From positions 1-63,385 of IMG/VR virus record IMGVR_UViG_3300046533_000294: a stretch of DNA of 63,385 bases. The stretch is one strand, 5' to 3'. The DNA is from a virus. Every line of letters starts with the position of its first letter. Positions within the stretch are counted from its first letter, which is position 1. Of the stretch, positions 45,851 through 55,852 are shown one piece after another. The position numbers were made by a program, and so were the translations under genes. The notes beneath the pieces were generated by a model. The model was given only the letters and a program-made list of their open reading frames with translations, searched no databases and was not told the origin of the DNA.

Positions 45851-48618
45851 TTGACCTCTCTTAGAATCACGTGCATTGTCGGCTCCACCCGGATGTCGCC
45901 GCCGTCCTTGCGCACCATCCGCGCGCCCCACAGTTTGTTTATCTTCGCGTTGGCCTCCGATCGTTCGATGTTCAGTATCTCCTCCAGATCCTGCCTCCTG
46001 AAAGTAGAGTTGGAACGGAGGAACTTGGCTAGGTCGCGGTTCTCTAGCAGGTACTTGCGCATCATCGTACGGTTGTTCTCTGCCTCGCGCCGATCCTCGA
46101 AGATCTCATCAGAGCGGTCGCGGTAGCCGAACGTCGGCATCGCATAGAGATGATGGAGGAATGCCACGGCGTCGTGGACGTGCTCCGGCTTAACAATTAC
46201 CTTTTCGCAGGCGTCGTCCGTGCTGAACGTCCTAGCTGCGAGCGCGGTAGAGATGCGAGCAATCTTCTCGCGGATGTCGGCTGCTTGTACGAGGGGAGGA
46301 TCTTCGATGTAAGCCTTGCCCACGATCGTCGCTGCTGCCATTGCTGCTTTCTCGGCAGGTGAAGTCCAGACAATTTGATCGGGCCTCCTCGTCCAGCACC
46401 ATAGCAGTAGCTTGTGGCATAGACTAGCCGTGAATCGGTTCTCACTTGGCTCGAACCGAACGTTGTACTGCTCGACCGGAACGTCGTGCATCGTCACGGC
46501 CATCGCCATGTCGAAGCGGGCTATGTCTTCCATCGCGCCGATCAGCGGGCGTAGCGCGTCTACCCCGTACGTGAACTGGCCCATGTTTCCTCCATTGCGG
46601 GGGTTCGCTAACCAAATCATGCGCGTCCGGGCGTGCGTCGCCTCCTGCTGGATCTTGGAGATGCGCACTACTCCGTCGTGGCGCAGGTCGGACATGTGGC
46701 CGATGTCCTCGTACGAGAGCGCGGAGATCTCATCGATCACAACCGCTCGACGGTCGTTGAGCGGAATGACACCCCATGTGACAACCCATTCCTTTCCGCC
46801 AAGCTGCTGCAGACCGCCAACAAGTCCTGCATAAGACGCAGATTCTCCACCGACGATCTCACCTGCACCATAGTGACGGAGGAGCTGCCTTGCCGCTTCG
46901 GATTTACCAGTTCGAGTGTCACCGTATACACAACATTGGAGCCATCCGCGTCGGATGAGTTTGCCGTTAAACTTGAACGAAAGAACAGAATGTAGCGTGA
47001 GATCAAAGATAGCATGCATCTCCCAGCGTCCGGTAATGCGGGTCACGTGCTCACCCATCGCCTCCGCGATCTGTCTCAGCTTCTTGACGGGCCGGGATTT
47101 GGTGGTTGTTTGGAATCGACGTAGTTCGCGAGCTGATGTCCTATCCAGCTCAAAATTGTCCAGAGAGGTTGATACGGGAGCGAGTTCCCAAGAGAGAAAC
47201 TCGTTTCGTTGATCTCTTGGGTTCGGGTGAAGCGCCCCAAGCGCAACGACAGTGTTATTGGGAAGTGTATCGTGTCGGCCAGTACTAATGATGCGTAGAG
47301 TTTTGTACGATCCTGCTTCCTGACTGTCAGAGTGATCGAGGGACGGGCGGGCATATAGAACCTCCACTGATTGGTATTCCTTCGGTTCGATGATGAGCTT
47401 CCCGCACTTGACCGCCCCGTATTCCTTCCTGATCGAATCGAATAGCTGCTGCTGGTTCGCATCAATCAGGGCCAGTATCGTCGGACTGTCGCCGCCTATC
47501 GTGACTTCGGCCGCGCCAGTGGCCTTCATGGGGCAGAATTGGCACTTGACTCCAGCGTCACGCGTACACGTTAGCTGGGCAGTGCGTGGCACGGTGTAAC
47601 CCGGCTCCTTCTTCCCCTTGATCGTCACAATTAGGTTGACAGGCTTCGCGATGTTCTTCGCGTCACTACTGTCCAGCACCGAGATAGTCTCTGGCCCTGA
47701 TTCATGCGACTCCTTTGCTCGCCAGGGCTGGGCGTCCCTGAGCAGCTGCTCGAAGTCCTCACGATCGTGCTCCATCCAGAAGTCAGACAGATCCTTGCCG
47801 TGTTTCTCAGTCAGCTCGTACGGTAGAACAACAACACGGACGTCACAAACGCGAGAGAGAGCACGAGCCACGACCCGGTTAGCATCCACGCCAGTATCAT
47901 CGCGGTCATGGCAGAGGTAGACCAACTTGTTCCTGAAAGCCTCACTCCACTCTTGCTTCCAGATCTTGGCCGATCCGGTCTTGGTGATAGCTGGATAGCC
48001 AGCTTGGATCGTCGCGAGCGCATCCCATTCTCCTTCGCAGACTACGAGTGTGTCATGAACGAGCTGGTCGGCTGGATAGAGACGTGGCGTGTTGTGCCCA
48101 CTCATGCCCCAGATCTTCGTGTCGCCTTTCGGACGCGGCGTGTATTGACGGATGTTCCATAGCTCTCCGTCCGGCCCGTAGACAGGGATCGTGTATACGT
48201 GCTTGTCTTTGTCCCACCCGATCCTGAACCGCTTGAGCGTGTCGGATGTGAGCCCGCGACGCCCTACGATCTCGTCCAGCGCAGTTTCCTCATCCATCAG
48301 GTTCTGTGCCCAGGCATCAGCCATGGCAGGCGACAACGCCTCCTTTGCGCGGCGCGGTCGCCCACCATTCCTGCGACTGCGGACTGCGGCTTGACTGTTC
48401 GGCGCGATCCATCGAGGCTTCTGCTTGATGAGATCCGTCACCGTACAGCCGCCGCAGCCCGCTTGGCAGAAGAATTGAGCAGAGTACACGTTGATGGAGG
48501 CAGAGCGAACCGTGTCCTCATGCAGAGGGCACAGTAAGTACCACTCGCCATCTTCGCGTGGCGCATCCGTGACGAAGTAGTCGCGGAGTTGCCTTATCTG
48601 CCCGTTCTTAATCGGCAT
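45847..48618 (-). CDS. Primase-helicase fusion (Zn finger + Toprim + MCM-like AAA+)
   Basis: CPLHED..CQAGC; VCEGEWDA, DRDDTG; C..C.FC; YGDTRTGKS, VIDE, ANPR, ARFD arginine-finger motif. Confidence 0.85.
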   Translation of the reverse strand: MPIKNGQIRQLRDYFVTDAPREDGEWYLLCPLHEDTVRSASINVYSAQFFCQAGCGGCTVTDLIKQKPRWIAPNSQAAVRSRRNGGRPRRAKEALSPAMADAWAQNLMDEETALDEIVGRRGLTSDTLKRFRIGWDKDKHVYTIPVYGPDGELWNIRQYTPRPKGDTKIWGMSGHNTPRLYPADQLVHDTLVVCEGEWDALATIQAGYPAITKTGSAKIWKQEWSEAFRNKLVYLCHDRDDTGVDANRVVARALSRVCDVRVVVLPYELTEKHGKDLSDFWMEHDREDFEQLLRDAQPWRAKESHESGPETISVLDSSDAKNIAKPVNLIVTIKGKKEPGYTVPRTAQLTCTRDAGVKCQFCPMKATGAAEVTIGGDSPTILALIDANQQQLFDSIRKEYGAVKCGKLIIEPKEYQSVEVLYARPSLDHSDSQEAGSYKTLRIISTGRHDTLPNNTVVALGALHPNPRDQRNEFLSWELAPVSTSLDNFELDRTSARELRRFQTTTKSRPVKKLRQIAEAMGEHVTRITGRWEMHAIFDLTLHSVLSFKFNGKLIRRGWLQCCVYGDTRTGKSEAARQLLRHYGAGEIVGGESASYAGLVGGLQQLGGKEWVVTWGVIPLNDRRAVVIDEISALSYEDIGHMSDLRHDGVVRISKIQQEATHARTRMIWLANPRNGGNMGQFTYGVDALRPLIGAMEDIARFDMAMAVTMHDVPVEQYNVRFEPSENRFTASLCHKLLLWCWTRRPDQIVWTSPAEKAAMAAATIVGKAYIEDPPLVQAADIREKIARISTALAARTFSTDDACEKVIVKPEHVHDAVAFLHHLYAMPTFGYRDRSDEIFEDRREAENNRTMMRKYLLENRDLAKFLRSNSTFRRQDLEEILNIERSEANAKINKLWGARMVRKDGGDIRVEPTMHVILREVK

Positions 48619-48622
48619 GTTG

Positions 48623-49417
48623 CTAGAAAGGCTCCTCGTTGTCGTCGGCGCGGAGCGCGGCGATGAGGTTTGCCTTCGTGGACTTTGCTCCCTTCTTGAG
48701 CGAGAGATCTCGCTTGTTGAACTCCTCTTTCAGGTCACCGAGCGACCAGTCATCGTAGTCGTCGCCCTCGGCATCCACGATCGCAGCACGGATGTCGTCG
48801 TCCGACATTTTGGTGGTGACCTTGACCTCTAGCTCGTTGTCCTTGATGTACTTCTTGAGTTCAGAGCGATCGAGTTCAGCGAGAGGGTCATCTGCTTCTT
48901 CCTCTTCTGGCTCCTCGTCCTCCTCCTCTTCTGCTTCTTCGTCTTCTTCAACCTCCTCCTCCTCGTCAACCTCGTCCTCGTCTTCTGCTTCCTCCTCTTC
49001 ATCGGCTTCATCGGCGTCGGCGTCCTCGCCCTCTTCAACCTCCTTGGCGGCGAGCCAAGTCTTCAGACGAGCCTTGTACGCGCCGTCGTACTCGTCCTTC
49101 GTGACCTGTACACGGCACTCCTTGCCGATGAGCTTCTTGGGATCGAGCGAGCCCTTCGCGGGCATCCCGAGCGCGTCCGTGAACTCACGCAGCTTCCATG
49201 CCGTTGCGTCGTACAGACCGATGTATGAGTGGAGCGGAGCAAACTTGTCACCGACCGAGACGGTGATATGGAAGTCACCCTTGCCTTCGATCTTGGTGCC
49301 GTCGGACTTCTCTGTCCGATGCTCGGCAGTCATGATCTTGGCCTTGTAGATTTTCGGCGGTGCTTGTTCGCCGGCACCCGACTCGACATCGCTCACGTCA
49401 TATCTAATCGCTGGCAA
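48623..49417 (-). CDS. SSB-like (DUF669-type OB-fold) protein with acidic linker and C-terminal helical repeats
   Basis: KLREFTDALG...LIGKECRVQV..DEY; long D/E tract; SAP/HeH-like C-terminus; SD AGGAGG before TTG. Confidence 0.65.
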   Translation of the reverse strand: MPAIRYDVSDVESGAGEQAPPKIYKAKIMTAEHRTEKSDGTKIEGKGDFHITVSVGDKFAPLHSYIGLYDATAWKLREFTDALGMPAKGSLDPKKLIGKECRVQVTKDEYDGAYKARLKTWLAAKEVEEGEDADADEADEEEEAEDEDEVDEEEEVEEDEEAEEEEDEEPEEEEADDPLAELDRSELKKYIKDNELEVKVTTKMSDDDIRAAIVDAEGDDYDDWSLGDLKEEFNKRDLSLKKGAKSTKANLIAALRADDNEEPF

Positions 49418-50204
49418 CTCTATTCCTCCTGCGTCTGGTAGTGGTGGGCGCGATTCCACGCGCCTGCTTGATTGCTGCTTCTAGCTTCGGCACAGTCAGG
49501 TCGATCACCTGACCATTCGGAAATGCATGGAACTGATCCTTCCCGTAGAAGGATGTGTTGCCTTTGAATCGAGTCTTCGTATATTGTTCCCCCTTCCTCG
49601 TCTCGCTGTCGTGAACTGTCTGGTAGCCGACCATCTGCATGTAGCCCGAGATCCGCTGGGGCATACCTTTGCCCTGGATCCACGGCATCATGCGTTCGAT
49701 GTATTGCGGCCCCATTTCTTCGTCTGGTTCACCTTCCTGGACTTCCATCCAGAACTGGTGGGCTGTGATGCCAAGATGGAACAGATCGCAACCCATCATG
49801 AATCTGACCCACTCCGCGATCCGTCCCATGTTGACGCCGTAGTCGCCCTTGTCCCACCAAGCGTTAGCGCGGTTAGGGTTGCGTCGCTTGGCTACGTCAA
49901 AGATGTCATCAAGGCCGACATCCTGCCAACACGAGATCGAGTCGAGCCAGATCCACTCGTATGAATTGCCCTCGTGTCTGGCCCACGCTAGGACTTCATT
50001 CATCCCAGACCAATCCTTAACCAACCAATGGTCAGCACCGCAGTTCTTGATCGCGTCTAGGTGCTCGACGTAGGGGTGAACGATGAGCGTGTTCGATCCA
50101 CCGCTCCCAGCCAGCGTCGTCTTGCGCGATCCAGGATCACCATAGACCAGTATGCGATAGTGCTTGCTGGGCTTGATTGATTGGATGTCAGCTGGCTTAG
50201 CCAT
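49404..50204 (-). CDS. AAA_24 / Sak4-like ATPase
   Basis: ILVYGDPGSRKTT, IWLDSIS, ITAH. Confidence 0.8.
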   Translation of the reverse strand: MAKPADIQSIKPSKHYRILVYGDPGSRKTTLAGSGGSNTLIVHPYVEHLDAIKNCGADHWLVKDWSGMNEVLAWARHEGNSYEWIWLDSISCWQDVGLDDIFDVAKRRNPNRANAWWDKGDYGVNMGRIAEWVRFMMGCDLFHLGITAHQFWMEVQEGEPDEEMGPQYIERMMPWIQGKGMPQRISGYMQMVGYQTVHDSETRKGEQYTKTRFKGNTSFYGKDQFHAFPNGQVIDLTVPKLEAAIKQARGIAPTTTRRRRNRVASD

Positions 50205-50690
50205 CTCTCACCTCCTCTCCTAGCTGCTCGTAGACTTCTTCAGCAGTCACCGACCTGTTGCAGATCGGACAGTAGTAGATCATCAATGACTGGTTTAGCC
50301 GCGCCGGTCGGCGGCAATCCATACATACGACTGGATGATTTTGAAATGTCATATCGCTGCAACTAAAAATTGGATTTTTGCCCTATAGCAATTCGAGAAT
50401 ATTTCCTGCGCGTCTTCTTGACCGGCTTCGCGGCACAGTAGCGACATCGCTTCTCGCCCTTGATGACTAGCTCGGGCCTGCCCCAGGGACGCAGCTTCGC
50501 GCAGCTCGGGCAATCGACGTAGATCGTCACGGTTTCTCCCCGTCCATCATCGCCCTGATGGAAGTTGGCTTCTCCTCGCCAGCCAGAGCAGCACGAGTTT
50601 CCTCGACGAACGCGGTAGCACGGAGGATGACTTCCAGCAGCCTGTCCCGTTCATCCTCCAACTCGGCGATGCGGCGGTCTTTTGCGCCCA

Positions 50691-50891
50691 TCACGATGCC
50701 TGCTGGACTAGCTCGTAGCCGCCGACGCAGAGAACAAATACGAGCGAGAGTAAACCGATCACTATCAGCGCGATCCCTGCCCACTCTGCCGCGTACAGGA
50801 TCAGCGAGCCGGGCCGGTCGCGCATATCGTCGAGCAGGCTCGCGCGCTTCTGGGTGGGAATGATCCCAGTCTTAGCCTCGCTGCTGCTCAC
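50691..50891 (-). CDS. Small membrane protein
   Basis: One hydrophobic helix; GTGA coupling. Confidence 0.5.
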   Translation of the reverse strand: MSSSEAKTGIIPTQKRASLLDDMRDRPGSLILYAAEWAGIALIVIGLLSLVFVLCVGGYELVQQAS

Positions 50892-51889
50892 TTCTGCTCC
50901 GAGGCAATGACTTCGTGCTCCGCGTATGGATCCCAGGTCTGGGTCGTTGCTTCCATCAGTTCCTCCCAGTCGGACTTGATCTCGTGGGCCTCGCAGATGT
51001 CGAACATACTACATCCCTGACAAGTCCACTTCGTGGCGTTCTTGTAGATGAGAATGCTGTTCTCGCGGAACGTGGAGGCGCTCTGCTTCGCGTCGTGGAT
51101 CTGCTGCCACTGCTTCTGAACGCGATCGTAGACAGACGCGCTGTCTTTGTCGTCGCGGAATACCGGCTTGCGATCGAAATAGGGTGCTGGCTGCTTAGCT
51201 GAGATCGAGCCGTCCTTGTTGAGGTAGTTGCCACCATTATCCCTCGGGCGCTGGTCGGGTGGCGCTTTGCGCAAGAAGTTGAAGAGCAGACCAGAGAGCT
51301 GCGTACTGCGAGGGATCAGCTTCGCGCGATAGATGGCCTCACGTCCGAATGTCCAATACGATCCCGCCTGCTCGTCCAGGAGCAGCCAACGCGGATGACG
51401 CTCGATCCCTTTCGTGGTCTTGTGATCCGGCATCCAGACTTTCTTGGTCGGCAGATGTCGCCAGACCCCATCTACGACGCCGGTGTAGTAGAACGGGGTT
51501 GCGTGATTGATGCGGATGCGAAACGGGTACTCGGTCGCGAGTACCTCCCATTCATCGTCTGCTCCGTAGTGATCGACGTAGTTTGTGAGCATTGCCGGGC
51601 CTAGCTCGGCAGCGTTAGCCCACACTTCGTCATCTTCGATTTTGAAGCCAAACTCACCAGCGACCTTCGCGTCTGCCTCGTACAGGCGCTCGAAGGTCAA
51701 TGCTGGGTTCGGCCCGCGCTTCTTGCCCGGCTTGTAGTAGGCAGCCAGCGCGCCGTGTATGAGCGTCCCGAAGCGCAATGGCGGTCGGTCGATGTTGGGT
51801 CTACGTGCTAGAAAGTAGTTCTGGTACCACAGGAATCGACAACGCTCAAAGGTGGTGCGTTCTGATGTTCTGAGTTGCGGAATGGGCAA
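50888..51889 (-). CDS. PD-(D/E)XK exonuclease (Cas4/RecB-like)
   Basis: RC...FGTLIH, E...GVVDG..DHKT, Q..Y, C..C....C; SD GGAGG. Confidence 0.85.
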   Translation of the reverse strand: MPIPQLRTSERTTFERCRFLWYQNYFLARRPNIDRPPLRFGTLIHGALAAYYKPGKKRGPNPALTFERLYEADAKVAGEFGFKIEDDEVWANAAELGPAMLTNYVDHYGADDEWEVLATEYPFRIRINHATPFYYTGVVDGVWRHLPTKKVWMPDHKTTKGIERHPRWLLLDEQAGSYWTFGREAIYRAKLIPRSTQLSGLLFNFLRKAPPDQRPRDNGGNYLNKDGSISAKQPAPYFDRKPVFRDDKDSASVYDRVQKQWQQIHDAKQSASTFRENSILIYKNATKWTCQGCSMFDICEAHEIKSDWEELMEATTQTWDPYAEHEVIASEQK

Positions 51890-52238
51890 GACGCTCCCTC
51901 CAAATTGATGATATGCGAACGGCGAAGCTCGCTACGAGAACCCTAGACGATCCGCACCCGTTTCGCGATGCCGAGTTATGTCGAGTTTTGCGATCCCTCG
52001 ATTTCCAGGGATTTCGCGATTGATGAGAATTGCTTACGCGCGCGCGCGCCCCGGTAGGAAATGATATGTTATCTATACGCGCGCGTCCCTACGCGCGAGG
52101 CCGTGAAAAATCCCCGCCTACGCGCGTATACGCGCGCACGTATGCCCGTAGGCGGGGAGATTCAAATAGTGATTTCTCCTAGGCGGGCGTACGTACGCGC
52201 GCGAATGAACACATGTTTCAATTGATTGTAAAGAGATT
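51890..52238. promoter_or_regulatory. Non-coding region with (CG)n tracts and a 12-bp inverted repeat; origin or promoter candidate
   Basis: TCCCCGCCTACG (52111-52122) / CGTAGGCGGGGA (52147-52158); several ACGCGCG; AT-rich flanks; lies between replication genes. Confidence 0.5.
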
Positions 52239-54122
52239 TTACTTCTTTCCGAGGTCTTTCATCGCTCTACGATGTACATCCAAGATGATCTCATTCAGCT
52301 TGCTTTTCGTTGCCGTCGTATCCTGGATGTATTGTTCGACGGTATTCCGGCTGCGGTAGTAGTAGCAGGTCACCTGATGGATCCGCGAGATCCTGTGAAT
52401 CCGGTCTTCCAATTGCTCCTGGTCGTCCGGGTTCCAAGTCTCGTCCAAGATGTGGCAAGTATCGGCTCGATCGAGCGTGATTGACACGCCGCCGGCAGTC
52501 GTGGTCATACAGACGACTCTCGGGCCGGTTCCTTTCTGGAACTCACGCTGGATTCGTACACGATCCTTGCCCTTGGTATCGCCTGTGATCAACGCTACTG
52601 GGATGCCCTGCTTCTCAAGCCAGTTAGCCACCATGTTGATCATTTCCTTGAACTGGCTAGCGATAATCGTTTGAGCATCACCTTCGGGATCATCCGCGTC
52701 GATACCAGTTTCGTTGAGCTTCTGGAGCAGCTGTGGCAGCTTCCCAGAATCCTCAGTTGGGATCAACTTCTGCTTGATCTCGATCCCCTCACCTAGGCAG
52801 TCTTCACATCCATGCAACATGCCTTCGTTTCTCTTGTGCTTGCATGGCACTTCGTACTCATGAATGAGACAGACTGCGTTGGCGAACTGCTTTAGTCGCA
52901 GATACTCCGTCAGGATGTTGGTGGCAGACAGATGTTGTTTCTCGATGCGGATCTCAGCAGCTCGCGCAAATTCACGATACTGAGCTGCTTGCTTCGGGGA
53001 CATATCACACATGACTTCCACCGGCTGCTTTGGAGGCAGCTGGCTTGCGACTTCCGACTTGAGCCGACGCACGATATACGGCGCGTGATAGGCGTAGAAC
53101 GCCTCTTCAATGCCGGGCTTCAGGCCCATGATGATCTTGTGATTCCTGAAACCGCTCTCGATTACCAGCCACTGCTCAGCCCACTTCCACTTTGAGCTGA
53201 ATCTGTCGGGGTCGATGAAGTTCAGCGCCGACCAGAGTCTGATTGGCTTACCACCCATAGGCGTACCGCTCATGGGGATTCGCTTCTGCTCTTTCCGTAC
53301 CATGGCCTTGGCGAGTTTCGAGAACTGGGATGAGCTTTCGCAGAGCCCCGTTTTGTGGTACTCATCGATGGTGATACTCGTCCAGTTCGCTTCAAGGAAC
53401 ACGTCTCGCCACGACTTCGAGCGTACCATGCTCGCAGTTGTGACAAAGGCATATCCACCATGGACTGCTACAGCTTCCATGATCTGCTCAGGAAGCGCGT
53501 TGCGCTCCTTCGCAGGTGTCTCGCTGTAGAGCGTGAACACCGGGATCTCGGTGAACCGTTCTAGCTCATATTGCCAGACAGTCTCCAGAGCAGTTTTCGG
53601 TGCTATGATCAGATGTTCGCCTTGTTCGATCTGGGCTTCATGAATCGCACCGATGACTTCGATGGTCTTCCCGAGGCCCATCTGGTTCAGGTTGCCGGCG
53701 TTAGTCGCCGCCAGAAACGCGATGTCTGCTCGCTGATACGGCCGATCTGGCCAGTCCTCAGTTCCGTCGCCTGCAATAAGTGCTACAAGCTCTGGCACCG
53801 AGTCTGGACAATAGGCCAGCTCTGCATCTTCTGCGAGCGCGAGGCTCGACAGATTCCGCTCACGTTGAACCTCGTCCCGGCCCCACTGGAGCAGCTTCGG
53901 GCCCAGCGTGAGAGTGTTCTGGAACAGTAGACGCAGGATGCGGCCAGTCGCGAGATCGAGTGGCACTGACCAAGCCGGGCCACCTTTCTCAGGTGGAACG
54001 AACCGGCTGTTTGGCACCTTGAACTTGATGGTGTCCTTGGTACGGTGGTCGTACGAGAACGTCAACCAGATCCTCTTGCCATCCGGAGAGAGTTCTGCAA
54101 CGACACCAGTGGTTTTACCCAC
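52239..54122 (-). CDS. SNF2-family helicase
   Basis: MGLGKT, IDEYH, MSGTP, RRLKSEV..LPPK, SGKL, GVSITL, QLEDRIHRI. Confidence 0.92.
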   Translation of the reverse strand: MGKTTGVVAELSPDGKRIWLTFSYDHRTKDTIKFKVPNSRFVPPEKGGPAWSVPLDLATGRILRLLFQNTLTLGPKLLQWGRDEVQRERNLSSLALAEDAELAYCPDSVPELVALIAGDGTEDWPDRPYQRADIAFLAATNAGNLNQMGLGKTIEVIGAIHEAQIEQGEHLIIAPKTALETVWQYELERFTEIPVFTLYSETPAKERNALPEQIMEAVAVHGGYAFVTTASMVRSKSWRDVFLEANWTSITIDEYHKTGLCESSSQFSKLAKAMVRKEQKRIPMSGTPMGGKPIRLWSALNFIDPDRFSSKWKWAEQWLVIESGFRNHKIIMGLKPGIEEAFYAYHAPYIVRRLKSEVASQLPPKQPVEVMCDMSPKQAAQYREFARAAEIRIEKQHLSATNILTEYLRLKQFANAVCLIHEYEVPCKHKRNEGMLHGCEDCLGEGIEIKQKLIPTEDSGKLPQLLQKLNETGIDADDPEGDAQTIIASQFKEMINMVANWLEKQGIPVALITGDTKGKDRVRIQREFQKGTGPRVVCMTTTAGGVSITLDRADTCHILDETWNPDDQEQLEDRIHRISRIHQVTCYYYRSRNTVEQYIQDTTATKSKLNEIILDVHRRAMKDLGKK

Positions 54123-54270
54123 TTGGCACCCTCCTTCGATGTATCCTACAATGTGCTGCAGCCATGGACAACGGCTGCAAGGGGCGTCTTCACCCCTCGG
54201 GATGTCCCTGGAAGCAGGAAGCCAGAGACACCCCGAGCGGTGGGGCGGGTTGCCCCGCCCTCGCCACTCA
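54123..54270 (-). ncRNA. Multi-hairpin structured leader upstream of the SNF2 gene
   Basis: Four adjacent stems: GGGCGGG-GCAA-CCCGCCC; CTCGGGGTGTCTCTGG..CCAGGGACATCCCGAG; GGGGTG-AAGA-CGCCCC; TGCAGCCG..TGGCTGCA. Confidence 0.45.
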
Positions 54271-54639
54271 CTTCTTCAATCGGCTCCGTCGCCGGGTCTT
54301 GGCTACAATTTTGACGCCTGAGCGTGTCTGCTCGGGGAGTCTGTTGTGCCGGACTTCCTGAACGATCGTTTTGATCTGATCGTCGTTCAGTCCTTTGATC
54401 CCGACCACATCTTCCAGCCCAACCGTTCGCATGTTCGTGTGGATCTCACGTCCTCGATCCACCATTCGGTCGGAGTAAAACTGGACGAGTGGCTGCTTTC
54501 GGAAGCCTGATGACGTCTGGCCAGCAGGCAGGAAGCGTATGTACTTGGCGCAGAACACTTCGTCTGTGAACGTGATGGAAGTCTCGTCATCAGCGTTCAT
54601 GAGTTCGCTTCGAGTACGCACGCTCCTGCCTTCTAGCAA
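54268..54639 (-). CDS. Hypothetical protein
   Basis: ORF on the coding strand. Confidence 0.55.
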   Translation of the reverse strand: MLEGRSVRTRSELMNADDETSITFTDEVFCAKYIRFLPAGQTSSGFRKQPLVQFYSDRMVDRGREIHTNMRTVGLEDVVGIKGLNDDQIKTIVQEVRHNRLPEQTRSGVKIVAKTRRRSRLKK

Positions 54640-54671
54640 CGCCTTCAGTTCATCATCAACATCGATGTGAA

Positions 54672-55151
54672 CTAAGGGCGCTGGGAGAGTGCCGACCTCC
54701 GACGCACCTTGTCGGACTTGGGCTTGTTGGTGCTTCCTTTCGGCCTACCGGGGCCGCGCTTCTCAGTCGTATCTGATGCCGGCTTCTTGCTGGCCGATGC
54801 CCCGTTGGCGCTGGCCTTCCGGCCGCGACTGATGGAGTGCTTCTCCAGCACGTCGCCATACTCGTTCTTGAGCTGGGAGACGCTGACGCCGGTGTACGCT
54901 GCGATGCGCTCGACGCGCAGACCGCGAGCCCGTGCCTTCTTGACGTTGGCCTCGGTGAGCTTGAACTTCAAGCTCGGGTCGATCACAACTTCCGCCGCGT
55001 ACAGGATCTGGGCCGCCATTGGCCTGGCGACCTTGTACTTGTCCTGGATCGCGTCGAACTTGGCGCTGTCCTTGGCGTCCCCCATCTTCTTGATAACGGG
55101 GGCCACCTTCTGAACCATGGTGGGGTCAGCACCCTTTGCGACTCTGGCCAT
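54672..55151 (-). CDS. Basic DNA-binding protein with HTH-like segment and AT-hook
   Basis: ERIAAYTGVSVSQLK; KRGPGRPKGS AT-hook; strong SD. Confidence 0.7.
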   Translation of the reverse strand: MARVAKGADPTMVQKVAPVIKKMGDAKDSAKFDAIQDKYKVARPMAAQILYAAEVVIDPSLKFKLTEANVKKARARGLRVERIAAYTGVSVSQLKNEYGDVLEKHSISRGRKASANGASASKKPASDTTEKRGPGRPKGSTNKPKSDKVRRRSALSQRP

Positions 55152-55274
55152 GAGTCCCTCCTTCGTGGTAGTGGTGGATTAGGCCACTAGGGATGATATC
55201 GTAAAGTGGCCTGGATGGCTAGCCAACCATCCCGACCAAAACCCCATGATTACCAGGGGTTTTGATCGGCATAG

Positions 55275-55604
55275 TTAACTCGTCAATGCAAGCGCCCAGG
55301 CTGCACCTTCAGCGAAGCTCTCGACTTGATAGCCCGCTTCCTTGACAGGCTCGCCCTTGTGGAGCAGGTACTGGCGAGTCGTGAGCGTTCGCTCGCGTGC
55401 GTTGTATGGATTCAAAGCGACACGGACGACTGAGAGATCGCCGTTGTCCACCTGGAGCAGCTTCGGATGTTCTTTGGCGACATGTACACAGGCCTCATTG
55501 TGAGTCCCGAGCTTCATGTTGCAGGCCTCACAGAACTTCATCTGTACGACCTTGAGGCCTGGGAACTCGAATGACTGAATCCAACCAGCTTCTGCTTTAA
55601 GCAT
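55275..55604 (-). CDS. Hypothetical early protein (CxxC)
   Basis: ATG after the element SD. Confidence 0.65.
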   Translation of the reverse strand: MLKAEAGWIQSFEFPGLKVVQMKFCEACNMKLGTHNEACVHVAKEHPKLLQVDNGDLSVVRVALNPYNARERTLTTRQYLLHKGEPVKEAGYQVESFAEGAAWALALTS

Positions 55605-55675
55605 TGACCCTCCTTCTGAAGTTCGTATGAACTCCGAGCCTATCCGTCGTGTCGGACGGACAGACTCGCAGATCA
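55605..55675 (-). repeat. Stop-hairpin-SD element, copy 12
   Basis: TGATCTG CGAGTCTGTCCGTC-CGACAC-GACGGATAGGCTCG GAGTTCA TAC GAACTTC AGAAGGAGGG. Confidence 0.85.
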
Positions 55676-55852
55676 CTTCGCGCTGACGATCCTGTATGAA
55701 GATGCTTCATTGACGCCGATGATAACGTCTGCTTCGCCATCTGTCGGATTGAGCATCTGGGCCAAATGTGCACGTATCTGCTCAGGCGTTTGTTCGGGGC
55801 CGACAAGCCACTCAACCTCTACTTCAATCATGATGTAGACTGGATCATCCAA
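55673..55852 (-). CDS. Small hypothetical protein (59 aa, below the ORF-track cutoff)
   Basis: TTG after SD; MDDPVYIMIEVEVEWL...IVSAK; stop is the element TGA. Confidence 0.6.
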   Translation of the reverse strand: MDDPVYIMIEVEVEWLVGPEQTPEQIRAHLAQMLNPTDGEADVIIGVNEASSYRIVSAK

